Positions 1 through 11,482 of a DNA stretch of 64,000 bases are shown piece by piece. The DNA lies in NCBI GenBank assembly GCA_013203665.1, contig JABMPU010000077.1, positions 22,471 to 86,470 on the forward strand. Reading direction: 5' to 3'. Positions within the stretch are counted from its first letter, which is position 1; the number at the start of each line of letters is the position of its first letter. Below the pieces are notes generated by a model. It had not been told where the DNA came from, searched no databases, and saw nothing but the letters and a program-made list of their open reading frames with translations. The stretch comes from Armatimonadota bacterium. GTDB lineage: Bacteria > Cloacimonadota > Cloacimonadia > Cloacimonadales > TCS61. Both the position numbers and the translations under genes were made by a program.

Positions 1-95
1 ATTCCAGTAAATTCCTTCTTATGTTTAGTTAGAAATTTCGAGATTAAATAAGAGAAAAAAAATAGATTAAATTTATTTTATACCATAAAAGTGAG

Positions 96-197
96 ACTTT
101 AGAACTCTATGATTTGATGCATTATTTAAAAGTCATTGTGATAGTGAAAGAAACGATTGAGTTGATGGAGAAGATAGATGTGGTAGCAAAACCTTAG
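96..197 (+). pseudogene. Fragment resembling the C-terminus of a type ISP/IIG restriction-modification enzyme
   Basis: Manual translation TLELYDLMHYLKVIVIVKETIELMEKID* resembles the 'TL...D..HY.K.I....ETI..M..ID' end of these enzymes; frame is closed upstream by TAG at 63-65. Confidence 0.4.
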
Positions 198-241
198 TTT
201 TTCTTAATTATACAAATCAATTTAAAAGGCGGTTATTTCTT

Positions 242-793
242 ATGAGTATTAATGAAATTAGTAAGATTGTTGAAATTGTTGTTCCAATTATTGGTATCAT
301 TTTAGCAATAATTAGTGTAATTGTTGCTTATTTCTTACTAAGAGAATCTAGAAAAATGCATGTACTCTCATCTTCTCCAAACTTGGTTTTTTCTTTTCAT
401 TCTTCATCCCAAAATAGAATATTAGGTCGTTTAGAAAATATTGGTTATGGTACTGCATATAATATTAATGTTAAGGTAGATCCAGATTTTCAAATAATGG
501 GTCGTAAATCCTTACAGAAGATATTTAAAAATGTTAATTACCTTTCACCTAAACAATGTTATGATATTGATTATGGTGTTATTAATGTTGATAATAATCT
601 CAAAGTTTTTAAAAAGCACAAATTAACAATAACTTGGACAAGAAAAAAGCAAGATAAGAAAAAAGAAATTTTTATAGCTAATTTTGAAGAAGATTATTTT
701 ATAAATTTTCCATGTTCACATAGTTTTTCTGATTTAGTCAATTCTATTGATAATTTAAACAATAATTTAGAGAGATATTTATCTACTGTTTAG
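242..793 (+). CDS. Hypothetical protein with N-terminal transmembrane helix
   Basis: 183 aa ORF, very AT-rich, hydrophobic residues ~10-33. Confidence 0.6.
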   Translation: MSINEISKIVEIVVPIIGIILAIISVIVAYFLLRESRKMHVLSSSPNLVFSFHSSSQNRILGRLENIGYGTAYNINVKVDPDFQIMGRKSLQKIFKNVNYLSPKQCYDIDYGVINVDNNLKVFKKHKLTITWTRKKQDKKKEIFIANFEEDYFINFPCSHSFSDLVNSIDNLNNNLERYLSTV

Positions 794-896
794 TACATTG
801 AATGACTATGTATGTTTTATATTAATCAGTTATATTTTTTTCGGTCGCACGCCCACTTCCCTACAATTACTACATAAATTATTTTTTGGTGATACA

Positions 897-1472
897 ATGA
901 TCCATATTCGCAAACGCAACCGATTACAGAATTACGATTATTCCACACCCGGATATTATTTTGTGACCATTTGCACAAAAGGAATGTTGGAACATTTCGG
1001 ACGGGTGCAGAATAATGAAATGGAATTGAATGGTGCAGGCAGAATGGTTGAGAAATGGTTTAATCGAATCACGGATAAATATCCATCAGTCTGTTGTCAT
1101 ACATTTTGTGTTATGCCGAATCATATTCATGCAATCATCCAAATCGTAGGGACAGACCCATGTGTCTGTCCTGATAAAAACAAGCAGGAAAGGGTGAACA
1201 CGCAGGAAAGGGTGAACACACAGGTTCACCCCTACGAGGATGTGTCGTTATCTGATGTTGTTCAATGGTTCAAAACAATGACAACAAATGAATATATTCG
1301 AAATGTTAAACTGCTTTCATGGAAACCTTTTGATATGAAATTATGGCAGCGTTCATTCTACGATCACATCATTCGCAACGATGAAGAATTGATCAGGATA
1401 TCAGATTACATTGAAAAAAATCCGCTGTTATGGAAAGAGGATGAATATTTTATTGAATTAGAAAATATTTGA
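897..1472 (+). mobile_element. REP-associated tyrosine transposase (RAYT, Y1/IS200-like HUH)
   Basis: RL..YDYS.PG.YFVTICT, MPNHIH (HUH motif), LWQRSFYDHIIR, YI..NP; likely start ATG 897. Confidence 0.9.
1146..1235. repeat. Inverted pair of GTAG-type REP hairpins inside the RAYT gene
   Basis: GTAGGGACAGAC-CCATGT-GTCTGTCC and AGGGTGAAC-ACACAG-GTTCACCCCTAC; 18-bp tandem duplication at 1185-1220. Confidence 0.8.
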
Positions 1473-1700
1473 TTTAAGCTGATTAAAAAAAATATAGATA
1501 CAAAATCTTAGTCGCTCTCACTCAAGGCTAACTTACTAAAAATAAAAACTATAGCGAAAAAAATAAAATAATTGACATCTAAACCCGAAATTTGATTTTG
1601 GCAACCCTGTATGAAATCTTAAGGTAGCGAAATATGTAAGCTACTGTAAAATAAAGCCTGCCAGACAGGTTTGTAGATCTTTATTACGTAGGAGGAAAAG

Positions 1701-2885
1701 ATGGCTAAAGAGAAATTTGTAAGAACAAAGCCCCATGTTAATGTTGGCACCATTGGTCATGTTGACCATGGTAAGACCACTTTAACAGCTGCTATCACAT
1801 TATTTTTGAGTAAAAAGGGTTCAGCAGAATTTGCGTCATTTGATAGTATCGATAATGCTCCTGAAGAAAAGGAGCGTGGAATAACTATTGCCACAGCACA
1901 TGTAGAGTATGAGACAGACAATCGTCATTATGCTCATGTGGATTGTCCGGGTCATGCTGATTATGTAAAGAACATGATCACCGGAGCAGCCCAGATGGAT
2001 GGAGCTATCCTGGTTGTGAGTGCAGCAGATGGTCCCATGCCGCAAACCAGAGAGCATATACTTCTTGCCCGCCAGGTGGGAGTGCCTGCTATGGTTGTGT
2101 TCATGAATAAAGCAGATCTGGTTGATGATCCTGAACTTTTGGAACTGGTTGAGCTGGAAGTTCGTGAGCTTCTGGTCGAATACGAATTTCCCGGAGATGA
2201 GATTCCCATTATCATTGGTTCAGCTCTCAAAGCATTGAATGGAGATCCTGAAGGAGAGAAACAAGTAGTAGAACTTCTGGAAGCAGTAGATTCTTATATT
2301 CCACTCCCTGAAAGAGATATAGAGAAGCCATTCCTGATGCCGGTTGAAGATGTATTTTCGATCTCAGGCAGGGGAACAGTAGCTACAGGCAGAATTGAAC
2401 GTGGTGTTATCAAAGTGGGAGAGAAAATAGAAAGAGTAGGCATCAAAGAAACCAAAGAGACTACCTGTACAGGCGTGGAAATGTTCCGTAAGATCCTTGA
2501 TCGTGGAGAAGCAGGCGACAATGTGGGCATTCTTCTGCGTGGAATGGCAAAGGATGAAGTGGAAAGAGGAATGGTACTTGCCAAACCGAAATCCATCACA
2601 CCTCACACCAAATTCAGCGGTGAAACTTATATTCTCACCAAAGATGAAGGTGGACGTCACAAGCCTTTTTTCACAGGTTATAGACCTCAGTTCTATTTCC
2701 GTACAACCGATGTAACCGGAAGTTTGTCTTTACCTGAAGGAGTAGAAATGGTAATGCCAGGTGATAACGTGAAAATCACAGCAGAACTCATCACTCCGAT
2801 AGCCATGGAAAAAGGTCTTCGTTACGCTATCCGTGAAGGTGGAAGAACAATCGGCGCCGGCGTTGTAAGCGAAATTATTGAATAA
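1701..2885 (+). CDS. tuf: Elongation factor Tu
   Basis: [17 protein letters not shown] motifs; 394 aa; SD AGGAGG. Confidence 0.99.
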   Translation: MAKEKFVRTKPHVNVGTIGHVDHGKTTLTAAITLFLSKKGSAEFASFDSIDNAPEEKERGITIATAHVEYETDNRHYAHVDCPGHADYVKNMITGAAQMDGAILVVSAADGPMPQTREHILLARQVGVPAMVVFMNKADLVDDPELLELVELEVRELLVEYEFPGDEIPIIIGSALKALNGDPEGEKQVVELLEAVDSYIPLPERDIEKPFLMPVEDVFSISGRGTVATGRIERGVIKVGEKIERVGIKETKETTCTGVEMFRKILDRGEAGDNVGILLRGMAKDEVERGMVLAKPKSITPHTKFSGETYILTKDEGGRHKPFFTGYRPQFYFRTTDVTGSLSLPEGVEMVMPGDNVKITAELITPIAMEKGLRYAIREGGRTIGAGVVSEIIE

Positions 2886-2898
2886 TCCCGGAGGATAA

Positions 2899-3219
2899 GT
2901 GGCAAAAAAAAGTATGGAAAGCAGAATAAGAATAAAACTGAAAGCTTACGACTTTCGGTTGTTAGATAAATCTGTCGCAGAAATTATCAAGAACACCAGA
3001 AATACAGGCGCCAAAATCGTTGGACCAGTTCCTTTACCCACAGAGAGAACATTTTATACAGTACTCAAATCTCCACATGTAAATAAAAAAGCGCAAGAAC
3101 AATTTGAAATGCTGGTTCACAAAAGACTGGTGGATATTATAAATCCCACTCCTCAAACAACCGGAGCATTGAAAAAGCTAAATTTGCCTGCTGGTGTACA
3201 TGTGGAAATCAAGGCATAA
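2899..3219 (+). CDS. rpsJ: 30S ribosomal protein S10
   Basis: IRIKLKAYD...GPVPLPT; GTG start. Confidence 0.99.
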   Translation: MAKKSMESRIRIKLKAYDFRLLDKSVAEIIKNTRNTGAKIVGPVPLPTERTFYTVLKSPHVNKKAQEQFEMLVHKRLVDIINPTPQTTGALKKLNLPAGVHVEIKA

Positions 3220-3230
3220 GGGAGCTTGAG

Positions 3231-3854
3231 ATGATTGGATTAATCGGAAAAAAAATAGGAATGACTCAAGTTTTTGATAAAGATGGAAAACTCATACCTG
3301 TAACTGTTATTAAAGCCGGACCTTGCAGAGTTATCCATCGAAAATTCAAAGAAAAGCACGGTTATGATTCAGTACAATTAGGCTATGAAGAAGCGGATGA
3401 TAAGAAACTGAATAAACCCAAATTGGGACATCTTAAAAAACATAATAGTTCAGGTTATAGATATCTGCGGGAATTCCGTTTGAGAGTGTATAAAGATATT
3501 GAAGAAAGTGAAGTTTTTGATGTGAGCATGTTTGTGGAAAACGAGATGCTGAAAGTTACTGCAAATTCCAAAGGTAAAGGCTTCAGCGGCGTTATGAAAA
3601 GACACGGATTTCACGGTTTCAAAGCAACTCACGGTGTTCATGAATCTTACAGAGGACCTGGTTCTATCGGTCAATGTGCTACACCGGCTCGAGTTTTTAA
3701 AGGAACTAAACTTCCGGGTCATATGGGTGCACACAGAACAACCATCATAAATGTGAAAGTAGTAAAAGTGGATGTAGAAAAAAATCTGGTTATGTTAAAA
3801 GGTTCTGTTCCGGGTCATAGAAATTCTCTTGTACTTCTCAGAAAAGAATTGTAA
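3231..3854 (+). CDS. rplC: 50S ribosomal protein L3
   Basis: GKKIGMTQVF...KGKGFSGVMKR; operon position. Confidence 0.99.
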   Translation: MIGLIGKKIGMTQVFDKDGKLIPVTVIKAGPCRVIHRKFKEKHGYDSVQLGYEEADDKKLNKPKLGHLKKHNSSGYRYLREFRLRVYKDIEESEVFDVSMFVENEMLKVTANSKGKGFSGVMKRHGFHGFKATHGVHESYRGPGSIGQCATPARVFKGTKLPGHMGAHRTTIINVKVVKVDVEKNLVMLKGSVPGHRNSLVLLRKEL

Positions 3855-3866
3855 AGGGAGACGGAA

Positions 3867-4502
3867 ATGATGAAAGCAATTAAATATTCAAGCACAGGTG
3901 AAGAACTCGGAAAAATTAATCTTCCTAAAAAACTATTCGCAGTAGAAACTAAAAATTCCAAAGCTCTATTATATGAAGTTATAAAAATGTATCTGGCAAA
4001 CCAGCGTCAAGGCAATGCTTGCGTGCAAACCCGTGCAGAAGCACATGGCAGCGGACGCAAGTTGTTCCGACAAAAAGGAACCGGTAATGCACGTCCGGGT
4101 AATCTTCGAACACCTTTAAGAGTTGGTGGTGGTCGTGCTTTTGGTCCTAAATCAAAAGACTGGTATAAGAAAATTCCTAAGAAGAAAAAACGCCTTGCAC
4201 TTAAACTTGCTCTTTCCGAAAGAGCAAAGGAAAACCAGGTCATAATATTAGAATCATTAAATTTCGACAAACCAAATACAAAACTCGCTAAAGAGCTTAT
4301 TTCTAAGATTGCACCTGAACAAAGTAAAAACCTGCTGCTAATAGACGGCAATAATCATGCTATCATAAAATCTTTCAGCAACCTTCAAAATGTGGAGATG
4401 GATAAAGCAGACAGCATTTTTGCTTATGAAATCCTCAAATGCAATAATCTTATCATCACAGAAGATGCACTCAAAAAAATTGAGGAGGTATTTGCCAAAT
4501 GA
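3867..4502 (+). CDS. rplD: 50S ribosomal protein L4
   Basis: RQKGTGNAR...GGGRAFGP. Confidence 0.99.
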   Translation: MMKAIKYSSTGEELGKINLPKKLFAVETKNSKALLYEVIKMYLANQRQGNACVQTRAEAHGSGRKLFRQKGTGNARPGNLRTPLRVGGGRAFGPKSKDWYKKIPKKKKRLALKLALSERAKENQVIILESLNFDKPNTKLAKELISKIAPEQSKNLLLIDGNNHAIIKSFSNLQNVEMDKADSIFAYEILKCNNLIITEDALKKIEEVFAK

Positions 4503-4786
4503 AATATCCCAGACAAATAATTATCTCTCCAATGATGACAGAAAAAACCACCTCTTTGCAAGATCAGAATAATTGTTATACATTTAAAGTAAGTTTAAAT
4601 GCCAATAAAATTGAAATCCAAAAAGCGATAGAAAGAATCTTCGATGTGACCGTGGAAAGTGTAAACACTATCAAACAGCGCGGTAAAGTGAAGAGAATGG
4701 GAAGATATTCTGGAAAAAGAGCTGATTGGAAAAAAGCAATCGTAAAACTTAAAGCTGGAAATTCAATTTCAGATTTTGAGGTATAA
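4499..4786 (+). CDS. rplW: 50S ribosomal protein L23
   Basis: TEK...ANKIEI...WKKAIV. Confidence 0.99.
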   Translation: MKYPRQIIISPMMTEKTTSLQDQNNCYTFKVSLNANKIEIQKAIERIFDVTVESVNTIKQRGKVKRMGRYSGKRADWKKAIVKLKAGNSISDFEV

Positions 4787-4790
4787 TACT

Positions 4791-5624
4791 ATGGGAATAA
4801 AAAAATATAAACCTGTTACTCCTACGATGAGATTTAAAACCGGTTATACTTTTGAGGAAATCACCAAAAGCCGTCCGGAAAAATCCCTGATAAAACCGCT
4901 TCCTAAAAAAGCAGGCAGAAACAATCAAGGTCGTATTACCTGTCGTCATCGTGGTGGTGGTCATAAAAGACAATACAGAATTATCGATTTCAAGAGAAAT
5001 AAGTATGATATCCCTGCTAAAGTAACTGCCATCGAATATGATCCGAATCGGAGCGCTCGAATTGCTCTTTTGCATTATGCAGATGGTGAGAAACGATATA
5101 TTCTTGCACCTCTCGGATTGAAAGTCGGCGATAGTGTTATGTCCGGTGAAAAAGCTGAAATCAAAGTTGGAAATGCTCTTCCCCTGGAAAAAATGCCTTT
5201 GGGTGCTACCATTCATAATATTGAATTCAAACCGGGAAGAGGCGGACAGCTTGCCAGAAGTGCCGGTTCTTACGGACAATTAATAGCGAAAGAAGGCAAT
5301 TATATTCATGTGCGAATGCCTTCAAGTGACGTTCATATCTTAAGAAGTGAATGCTTTGCTACAATCGGTCAGGTAGGAAATGTGGAGCATAATTCCATTG
5401 TAATTGGCAAAGCCGGACGTAAAAGGTGGATGGGAATTCGTCCTACAGTGCGTGGAGTTGCCATGAATCCTGTAGACCATCCAATGGGTGGAGGTGAAGC
5501 AAAAACCTCCGGAGGTGGTCATCCGGTTTCTCCCTGGGGAGTTTTAGCAAAAGGCGGTAAAACCCGTAAGAAACGTAAATATTCGAATAGATATATCATC
5601 AAATCCAAAAAGAAAAGGAAGTAG
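4791..5624 (+). CDS. rplB: 50S ribosomal protein L2
   Basis: [28 protein letters not shown]; start ATG 4791. Confidence 0.99.
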   Translation: MGIKKYKPVTPTMRFKTGYTFEEITKSRPEKSLIKPLPKKAGRNNQGRITCRHRGGGHKRQYRIIDFKRNKYDIPAKVTAIEYDPNRSARIALLHYADGEKRYILAPLGLKVGDSVMSGEKAEIKVGNALPLEKMPLGATIHNIEFKPGRGGQLARSAGSYGQLIAKEGNYIHVRMPSSDVHILRSECFATIGQVGNVEHNSIVIGKAGRKRWMGIRPTVRGVAMNPVDHPMGGGEAKTSGGGHPVSPWGVLAKGGKTRKKRKYSNRYIIKSKKKRK

Positions 5625-5631
5625 GAAGGTT

Positions 5632-5895
5632 ATGGCTCGTTCTATAAAAAAAGGACCTTTTGTTGATGAGCATTTACTTAAGAAAGTTCAGAAACTAAAT
5701 GCTGAAAACAAAAAACAGGTAATCAAAACCTGGTCGCGCAGATCAACCATTTTACCGGAATTCGTTGAACATACTTTTGCGGTTCATAATGGGCGTAAAT
5801 TCGTACCGATCTATATTTCAGAAAATATGGTGGGTCATAAATTAGGTGAATTTTCTCCTACCAGAACCTATCGTGGACATAGGGTTAAGAAATAA
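5632..5895 (+). CDS. rpsS: 30S ribosomal protein S19
   Basis: RSIKKGPF...MVGHKLGEF. Confidence 0.99.
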   Translation: MARSIKKGPFVDEHLLKKVQKLNAENKKQVIKTWSRRSTILPEFVEHTFAVHNGRKFVPIYISENMVGHKLGEFSPTRTYRGHRVKK

Positions 5896-5925
5896 ATTTC
5901 AAAATTTTACAAGGGAGCTAAAATA

Positions 5926-6273
5926 ATGGAAGCAATAGCCAGAGTTCGTAATTTAAGAGGCTCAGCAAGAAAGGCAAGATTGATACTGGATTTAATCCGG
6001 GGCAAATCTGTGCCGGAAGCTCAAAACATATTGCTTTTCTCAAAGAAAAGAGTTGCACTAAAGGTAGCAAAACTTCTCAACTCTGCAATCGCCAATGCTA
6101 CTGTTAAAGAAGGTAAAGCAGATATTGATAGTATGATCGTTAGTAACGTTTTTGCAGATGATGGACCAATAATGAAAAGACATCGACCGAGAGCTCAAGG
6201 CAGAGCCACAATCATCAGAAGAAGAACATGCCATATAACTCTTGAAATTATGGATAAAAGGATAGGGGGATAG
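5926..6273 (+). CDS. rplV: 50S ribosomal protein L22
   Basis: SAIANA...RPRAQGRA. Confidence 0.99.
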   Translation: MEAIARVRNLRGSARKARLILDLIRGKSVPEAQNILLFSKKRVALKVAKLLNSAIANATVKEGKADIDSMIVSNVFADDGPIMKRHRPRAQGRATIIRRRTCHITLEIMDKRIGG

Positions 6274-6274
6274 T

Positions 6275-6922
6275 TTGGGACAGAAAGTTAATCCTGTCGG
6301 TTATAGACTTGGTGTAAATAAACAGTATGATTCAATCTGGTTCGCAACGGGTGAAGATTATATCGTAAATTTTCATGAAGATTTAAAGATTAAAAAATAT
6401 ATCAAAAACCGGTTAGATAGTGCTATGATATCAAAAGTCAAGATAGAACGAAAGACAAAATCTATCACCCTCGATATTCACACTGCCAGACCAGGTCAGG
6501 TTATTGGCAAGAAAGGTAGTGAAATTGAAAAATTGAGAAATGAATTATCGGTTTTAGTAAATAAAAATAGAACTTCTACTCTAAATGTTTTTGTAAATGT
6601 TCAGGATATAAAACTTCCCTGGATAGATGCAAGTTTGATTGGTGAAGAAATCGGCAGACAGTTAAAACGAAGAATTTCCTTCCGAAGAGCAATGAAATTT
6701 GCGATCCGAAATGCCATGAGAAATGGTGCACAGGGCATCAAAATCCAATGTGCCGGAAGACTGGGTGGTGCAGAAATGGCTCGTACTGAAAGATATCAGG
6801 AAGGAAGAACTCCTCTTCATACTTTGCGAGCTGATATTGATTATAAATTAACGGAAGTTACAACCACTTATGGAATAATTGGAATTAAAGTCTGGGTTTA
6901 TAAAGGCGATATTTTGAAATAA
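6275..6922 (+). CDS. rpsC: 30S ribosomal protein S3
   Basis: GQKVNP.G.RLG...[14 protein letters not shown] start. Confidence 0.99.
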   Translation: MGQKVNPVGYRLGVNKQYDSIWFATGEDYIVNFHEDLKIKKYIKNRLDSAMISKVKIERKTKSITLDIHTARPGQVIGKKGSEIEKLRNELSVLVNKNRTSTLNVFVNVQDIKLPWIDASLIGEEIGRQLKRRISFRRAMKFAIRNAMRNGAQGIKIQCAGRLGGAEMARTERYQEGRTPLHTLRADIDYKLTEVTTTYGIIGIKVWVYKGDILK

Positions 6923-6934
6923 GGAGAATCATAA

Positions 6935-7354
6935 ATGTTAGCCCCCAAAAAGGTAAAATATAGAAAAAAGCAAAAAGGACGTCGTCGCGGTCTGGCTTAT
7001 CGTGGGAGTACTTTAAATTTTGGTGATTATGGAATTATTGCCTTAAATGCAGCCTGGATAACAAGCCGGCAGATTGAATCTGCTCGTGTGACAATTTCTC
7101 GCGAGATGAAAAGAACCGGAAAACTTTGGATTAGAATTTTCCCGGATAAACCGGTAACCAAAAAACCTGCTGAAACTCGTATGGGAAAAGGTAAAGGCGC
7201 TCCTGAATATTGGGTTGCGGTGGTCAAACCCGGCAGAATCATGTTTGAATTTGAAGGAGTGGATCTGGCAACAGCAAAAGAAGCTGCCCGCCTTGCCGGA
7301 CATAAGCTGCCTATTAAAACCAAAATTGTTATCAGAGAAGGAATTGAATCATGA
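6935..7354 (+). CDS. rplP: 50S ribosomal protein L16
   Basis: RIFPDKP...ETRMGKGKG. Confidence 0.99.
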   Translation: MLAPKKVKYRKKQKGRRRGLAYRGSTLNFGDYGIIALNAAWITSRQIESARVTISREMKRTGKLWIRIFPDKPVTKKPAETRMGKGKGAPEYWVAVVKPGRIMFEFEGVDLATAKEAARLAGHKLPIKTKIVIREGIES

Positions 7355-7536
7355 AAATATTTGAGCTACGCGAATTAACTAATGATGAACTTCAACAAAA
7401 ATTGGATGACCTCAGAGAAGAAATTTTTAACCTGAGATTCCAACATGCTTCCAATAGGTTGGATAATCCAATGAAAATTAAAATTGCTAAAAAGAATATT
7501 GCTCAGATAAAAACCTTGTTAACTGAGAGAGAGTGA
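7351..7536 (+). CDS. rpmC: 50S ribosomal protein L29
   Basis: 61 aa, FNLRFQ; position. Confidence 0.98.
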   Translation: MKIFELRELTNDELQQKLDDLREEIFNLRFQHASNRLDNPMKIKIAKKNIAQIKTLLTERE

Positions 7537-7553
7537 TTCTGAAATAAGAGGAA

Positions 7554-7811
7554 ATGATGACAACAAATAGAAAAGTTACAAAAAGCGGTGTGGTAGTTAG
7601 CGATAAGATGGATAAAACCATAGTAGTCAGAGTTCAACGCCAGTTTAAACATCCGCTTTACAAAAAGATAGTCAGAAGACATAAAAAATTCCAGGCACAC
7701 GATGAGAATAACGAATGCAAAATTGGTGATTTCGTGTTGATTCAGGAAAGTAAACCAATAAGTCGTCATAAAAAATGGATTCTAAATAAAATCATAGAGA
7801 AGTCAAAATAA
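7554..7811 (+). CDS. rpsQ: 30S ribosomal protein S17
   Basis: [11 protein letters not shown]...HPLYKK. Confidence 0.99.
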   Translation: MMTTNRKVTKSGVVVSDKMDKTIVVRVQRQFKHPLYKKIVRRHKKFQAHDENNECKIGDFVLIQESKPISRHKKWILNKIIEKSK

Positions 7812-7821
7812 GGAGTCTGAA

Positions 7822-8190
7822 ATGATTCAAGCTCAGACAATAATGAATATTGCAGATAATTCCGGTGCCAAAAAAGCGATGTGCATCAAAGTCCTTGGCG
7901 GCTCCAAGCGGAAATATGCCAGCCTGGGAGATGTGATCGTAGTAGCCATCAAAGCTGCTGCTCCAAACGGAAAAGTAAGGAAAGGCACGGTAGAAAGAGC
8001 TGTGATTGTTCGCACTCGCAAAGAAGTGAGAAGGAAAGATGGAACTTATGTTCGGTTCGATGATAATGCAGCAGTCATTATCGATGAAAAAGGAGAACCG
8101 ATTGCTACGCGTATTTTCGGTCCGGTTGCTCGCGAACTGAGAGAAAAGCATTATACAAAGATAATTTCGCTGGCTCCAGAGGTTCTTTAG
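7822..8190 (+). CDS. rplN: 50S ribosomal protein L14
   Basis: ADNSGAK...SLAPEVL. Confidence 0.99.
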   Translation: MIQAQTIMNIADNSGAKKAMCIKVLGGSKRKYASLGDVIVVAIKAAAPNGKVRKGTVERAVIVRTRKEVRRKDGTYVRFDDNAAVIIDEKGEPIATRIFGPVARELREKHYTKIISLAPEVL

Positions 8191-8198
8191 GAGTATAT

Positions 8199-8546
8199 AT
8201 GATAAAAAGAAATAAACTTAATAAATCAAATGATAAAAAAATGAGAATTAAAAAGGGTGATACAGTCGTTGTTATCAATGGGAAATATAAAGGCGTGAAA
8301 GGTAAAGTCTTGAAATCTTTTCCAAAAACCAACCGGGTAATTGTGGAAAAGGTGAATTTCATAAAAAAACACACCCGTCCAACCCAACAAAATCAGCAAG
8401 GTGGAATAGTGGAAAAAGAATCTCCTATTCATGTTTCCAATGTTAAACTTTATAGTGAAAAATTAGGAGAAGTAACACGCGCTGTTTTCACGAAAGCAGG
8501 AGACAAACGAATTCGCGTGTGCAAGAAATCCGGAGATGAAATTTAA
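8199..8546 (+). CDS. rplX: 50S ribosomal protein L24
   Basis: IKKGD.V.VI.GK KOW motif, PIHVSNV. Confidence 0.98.
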   Translation: MIKRNKLNKSNDKKMRIKKGDTVVVINGKYKGVKGKVLKSFPKTNRVIVEKVNFIKKHTRPTQQNQQGGIVEKESPIHVSNVKLYSEKLGEVTRAVFTKAGDKRIRVCKKSGDEI

Positions 8547-8558
8547 GAGGAACGGAAA

Positions 8559-9101
8559 ATGACTCATTTGAAAGATAAATATATAAAAGAGACAATTCCA
8601 GCTTTAATGAAGCATTTTGATTATAAGAATGTGAACATGGTTCCCAGGTTGGAAAAGATTTCTGTGAATATGGGTGTGGGAATTGCCACCCAAAACAAAG
8701 CTGTTTTAGATAATGCAGTTAAAGATATGACTCGGATTACAGGCAGGAAACCCATCATCACAAAAGCTAAGAAATCTATTTCAAATTTTAAATTACGTCA
8801 GGGAATGCCAATCGGCTGTAAAGTTACATTACGCGGTGAAATCATGTATGAATTCTTAGATAGATTGGTCTCGATCGTTATTCCCAGAATTCGTGACTTC
8901 AGAGGCATTTCTGCAAAATCTTTTGACGGACGCGGGAATTATACCTTTGGCATTAAAGAACAAACTGTTTTTCCGGAAATAGAATATGATAAAATAGATG
9001 CGATCAGAGGAATGGACATCACGGTCGTGACCACTGCTGATAGTGATGAAGAAGGAAAAGAACTTCTTAGTTCACTCGGTATGCCATTCAGGAAAAATTA
9101 A
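8559..9101 (+). CDS. rplE: 50S ribosomal protein L5
   Basis: PRIRDFRG...FDGRGNY. Confidence 0.99.
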   Translation: MTHLKDKYIKETIPALMKHFDYKNVNMVPRLEKISVNMGVGIATQNKAVLDNAVKDMTRITGRKPIITKAKKSISNFKLRQGMPIGCKVTLRGEIMYEFLDRLVSIVIPRIRDFRGISAKSFDGRGNYTFGIKEQTVFPEIEYDKIDAIRGMDITVVTTADSDEEGKELLSSLGMPFRKN

Positions 9102-9112
9102 GAGGAGAGATT

Positions 9113-9298
9113 TTGGCAAAAAAATCGTGGATTGAAAAGCAAAAAATACCCCAAAAATTCTCATCCAGAGAATATTCTCGTTGTAAGATCTGTGGACGTT
9201 CCAGAGCATATATGCGAGATTTTGGTCTTTGTCGAATCTGTTTCAGAAAACTTGCTTCCGAAGGTCAGATTCCCGGTGTGAAAAAAGCAAGCTGGTAA
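9113..9298 (+). CDS. rpsN: 30S ribosomal protein S14 (short zinc-binding type)
   Basis: 61 aa, CKIC...CRIC, KASW; TTG start. Confidence 0.99.
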   Translation: MAKKSWIEKQKIPQKFSSREYSRCKICGRSRAYMRDFGLCRICFRKLASEGQIPGVKKASW

Positions 9299-9520
9299 AA
9301 AGAATAAGAAAGGAACACAGATGACATTGAAAATTGAATATTTAATATTGAGGATTGAATATTAATCTCCATGTGCTCTGTGGTGAAAAAAGGAACACGG
9401 ATGACACGGATATTACGGATTATCACAGAAAAAAAATTAAGTTTGTGTCTTAGTGTCTTTGTGGTGAATTTGTGGTAAAAAAAAATAAAAAATCAGTGTT
9501 AAAATAATAATGGAGAAAAA
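9299..9520. repeat. Spacer made of short degenerate tandem repeats
   Basis: AAGGAACAC(A/G)GATGACA twice, ACACGGAT/ACGGAT runs, TTGAAAA/TTGAATA 7-mers, TGTGTCTTAGTGTCTTTGTGG. Confidence 0.6.
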
Positions 9521-9934
9521 ATGAGTGCAACAGATCCAATTGCTGATGCAATAACAAAAATTCGTAATGCCTATTCTGCCAATCATAAGATTGTGGCAGT
9601 AAATCACAGCAATCTTACTGAAGCAATTGTAAAAATCCTGGCAGAAGAAAATTTTATAAATAGTTACGAATTGATTGAAAGAGATCCCAAGAAAAAACAT
9701 TATAGAAAAAAGATATTTATAAATCTGCGTTACACGAACAGCGGAGAACCTGTAATGAAAAATATCAAAAGGATAAGTAAACCCGGACTTCGCATCTATG
9801 TTAATTCCAAAAATATTCCCTCGGTTTACAACAATACAGGTTGTGCCATTTTATCCACGAACCGCGGCGTAATGGTAGATAGAGATGCTCGCAAAGATAA
9901 GCTTGGCGGCGAGTATATCTGCAAGGTCTGGTAG
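9521..9934 (+). CDS. rpsH: 30S ribosomal protein S8
   Basis: DPIAD...SKPGLRIY...GGE. Confidence 0.99.
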   Translation: MSATDPIADAITKIRNAYSANHKIVAVNHSNLTEAIVKILAEENFINSYELIERDPKKKHYRKKIFINLRYTNSGEPVMKNIKRISKPGLRIYVNSKNIPSVYNNTGCAILSTNRGVMVDRDARKDKLGGEYICKVW

Positions 9935-9943
9935 GAGGAATCT

Positions 9944-10516
9944 GTGAGTAGAATTGGTAAAACTCCTATAAAAATACTGAACGGTGTGAAGGCAACTATC
10001 AGTGATCAGAAAATAACAGTAGTTGGAAACAAAGGAACACTGGATTATTTGATAAATTCCGGAATCGAGGTGAAAGAAACTGACGGAAAACTGATCGTAA
10101 CCAGGAGAGATGATTCCAGAGAACAAACATCTCTTCACGGGCTTACCAGAGCTTTGATAAACAATATGATAATTGGAGTAAAAGAAGGTTATGGGCGAGT
10201 TCTGCAAGTTATCGGAACCGGATACTCTGCTGAAGTTATTGGACCCTGGGTGAAATTGAATGTTGGTTTTTCTCATGGAATACTTTTGGAAATTCCCGAA
10301 GGAATACAGGTCGAAGCAAAAACCATCCCACGTAGAGAACAAGGCAAACTGGGAGTTCAAGCAGTAATTACAGTAAAAGGAATTCATAAAGAAGATGTTG
10401 GTAAATTTGCTGCTGAGATCCGAAGATGTCGTCCTCCAGCTCCGAATTTCAAAGGAAAAGGAATTCGTTGGGAAGGCGAACACGTGCGCATTGTTTCCAA
10501 ATCCGGAACTGAGTAG
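9944..10516 (+). CDS. rplF: 50S ribosomal protein L6
   Basis: MSRIGK...KGKGIR; GTG start. Confidence 0.99.
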   Translation: MSRIGKTPIKILNGVKATISDQKITVVGNKGTLDYLINSGIEVKETDGKLIVTRRDDSREQTSLHGLTRALINNMIIGVKEGYGRVLQVIGTGYSAEVIGPWVKLNVGFSHGILLEIPEGIQVEAKTIPRREQGKLGVQAVITVKGIHKEDVGKFAAEIRRCRPPAPNFKGKGIRWEGEHVRIVSKSGTE

Positions 10517-10532
10517 AATTTATGAGGTTAAA

Positions 10533-10907
10533 ATGAATAGAAAGTCAATAATATTCAAAAAAAACTTAGCACGCAAAAGAAGAATTAAATCAATAAAGAA
10601 GAAAATCTTTGGAACTTCGGAACGTCCGAGATTAGTTGTATTCCGCAGTTTAAAGAACATCAGTGCTCAGATCATCGATGATAATGCAAATAAAACACTG
10701 GTCTCTTTGTCCACGATATCTAAAGATATAAAAATTGATAAATCCAAAAAGAAAACTAAGCAAAGCTTTGAAATCGGATTAAAACTGGGAGAGCTTGCTT
10801 TGAAAAAAGGAATTACTCAGGTTTGTTTTGATCGCAGCGGTTATTTGTATCATGGAAGAGTTAAAGCTCTTGCAGATGGCACCAGAAAAGCCGGCATAAA
10901 ATTTTAA
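10533..10907 (+). CDS. rplR: 50S ribosomal protein L18
   Basis: RPRLVVFRS...[12 protein letters not shown]; start ATG 10533. Confidence 0.99.
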   Translation: MNRKSIIFKKNLARKRRIKSIKKKIFGTSERPRLVVFRSLKNISAQIIDDNANKTLVSLSTISKDIKIDKSKKKTKQSFEIGLKLGELALKKGITQVCFDRSGYLYHGRVKALADGTRKAGIKF

Positions 10908-10918
10908 GGGAGAGCCTT

Positions 10919-11482
10919 TTGGAAAGAAGAAAGAATAATCCTCGAAATGAATCTCAATTTGAAGTGGAAAAGATCATCGATACAAACCGTGTGGCAAAAG
11001 TTGTGAAAGGCGGCAGAAATTTCAGCTTCAATGCAACAGTAGTTGTGGGAGATAAACAAGGACGCGTGGGTGTGGGCATTGGCAAAGCAAATGAAATCGT
11101 GGATGCGATTCGTAAAGCCAAAGAAAAAGCTGCAAAAAACATGTTCACAGTTCCCATTGTAAAAGGTACTATTCCTCATGAAATTATCGGTCGTTTCAGT
11201 GCCAGCAAGATTATGCTGAAACCAGCATCTCCGGGTACAGGAGTTATTGCCGGCGGACCTGCTCGTGCCATATTAGAAGCTGTGGGAGTGGAAAATATTC
11301 TCACTAAATCACTGGGTTCAAATACAGCTGTCAATGTGGTGAAAGCAACTGTTAACGGACTGAAAGAACTTCGTACTATGGGAGATATTGCCAGACTGCG
11401 CAATTTAACTATTTCAGAATTGACCGGTCGTGAAGAACTTCCTACTGAAACTGAAACTCAGGAGGAAGCAGATGAAACTTAA
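10919..11482 (+). CDS. rpsE: 30S ribosomal protein S5
   Basis: [10 protein letters not shown]...[12 protein letters not shown] start. Confidence 0.99.
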   Translation: MERRKNNPRNESQFEVEKIIDTNRVAKVVKGGRNFSFNATVVVGDKQGRVGVGIGKANEIVDAIRKAKEKAAKNMFTVPIVKGTIPHEIIGRFSASKIMLKPASPGTGVIAGGPARAILEAVGVENILTKSLGSNTAVNVVKATVNGLKELRTMGDIARLRNLTISELTGREELPTETETQEEADET

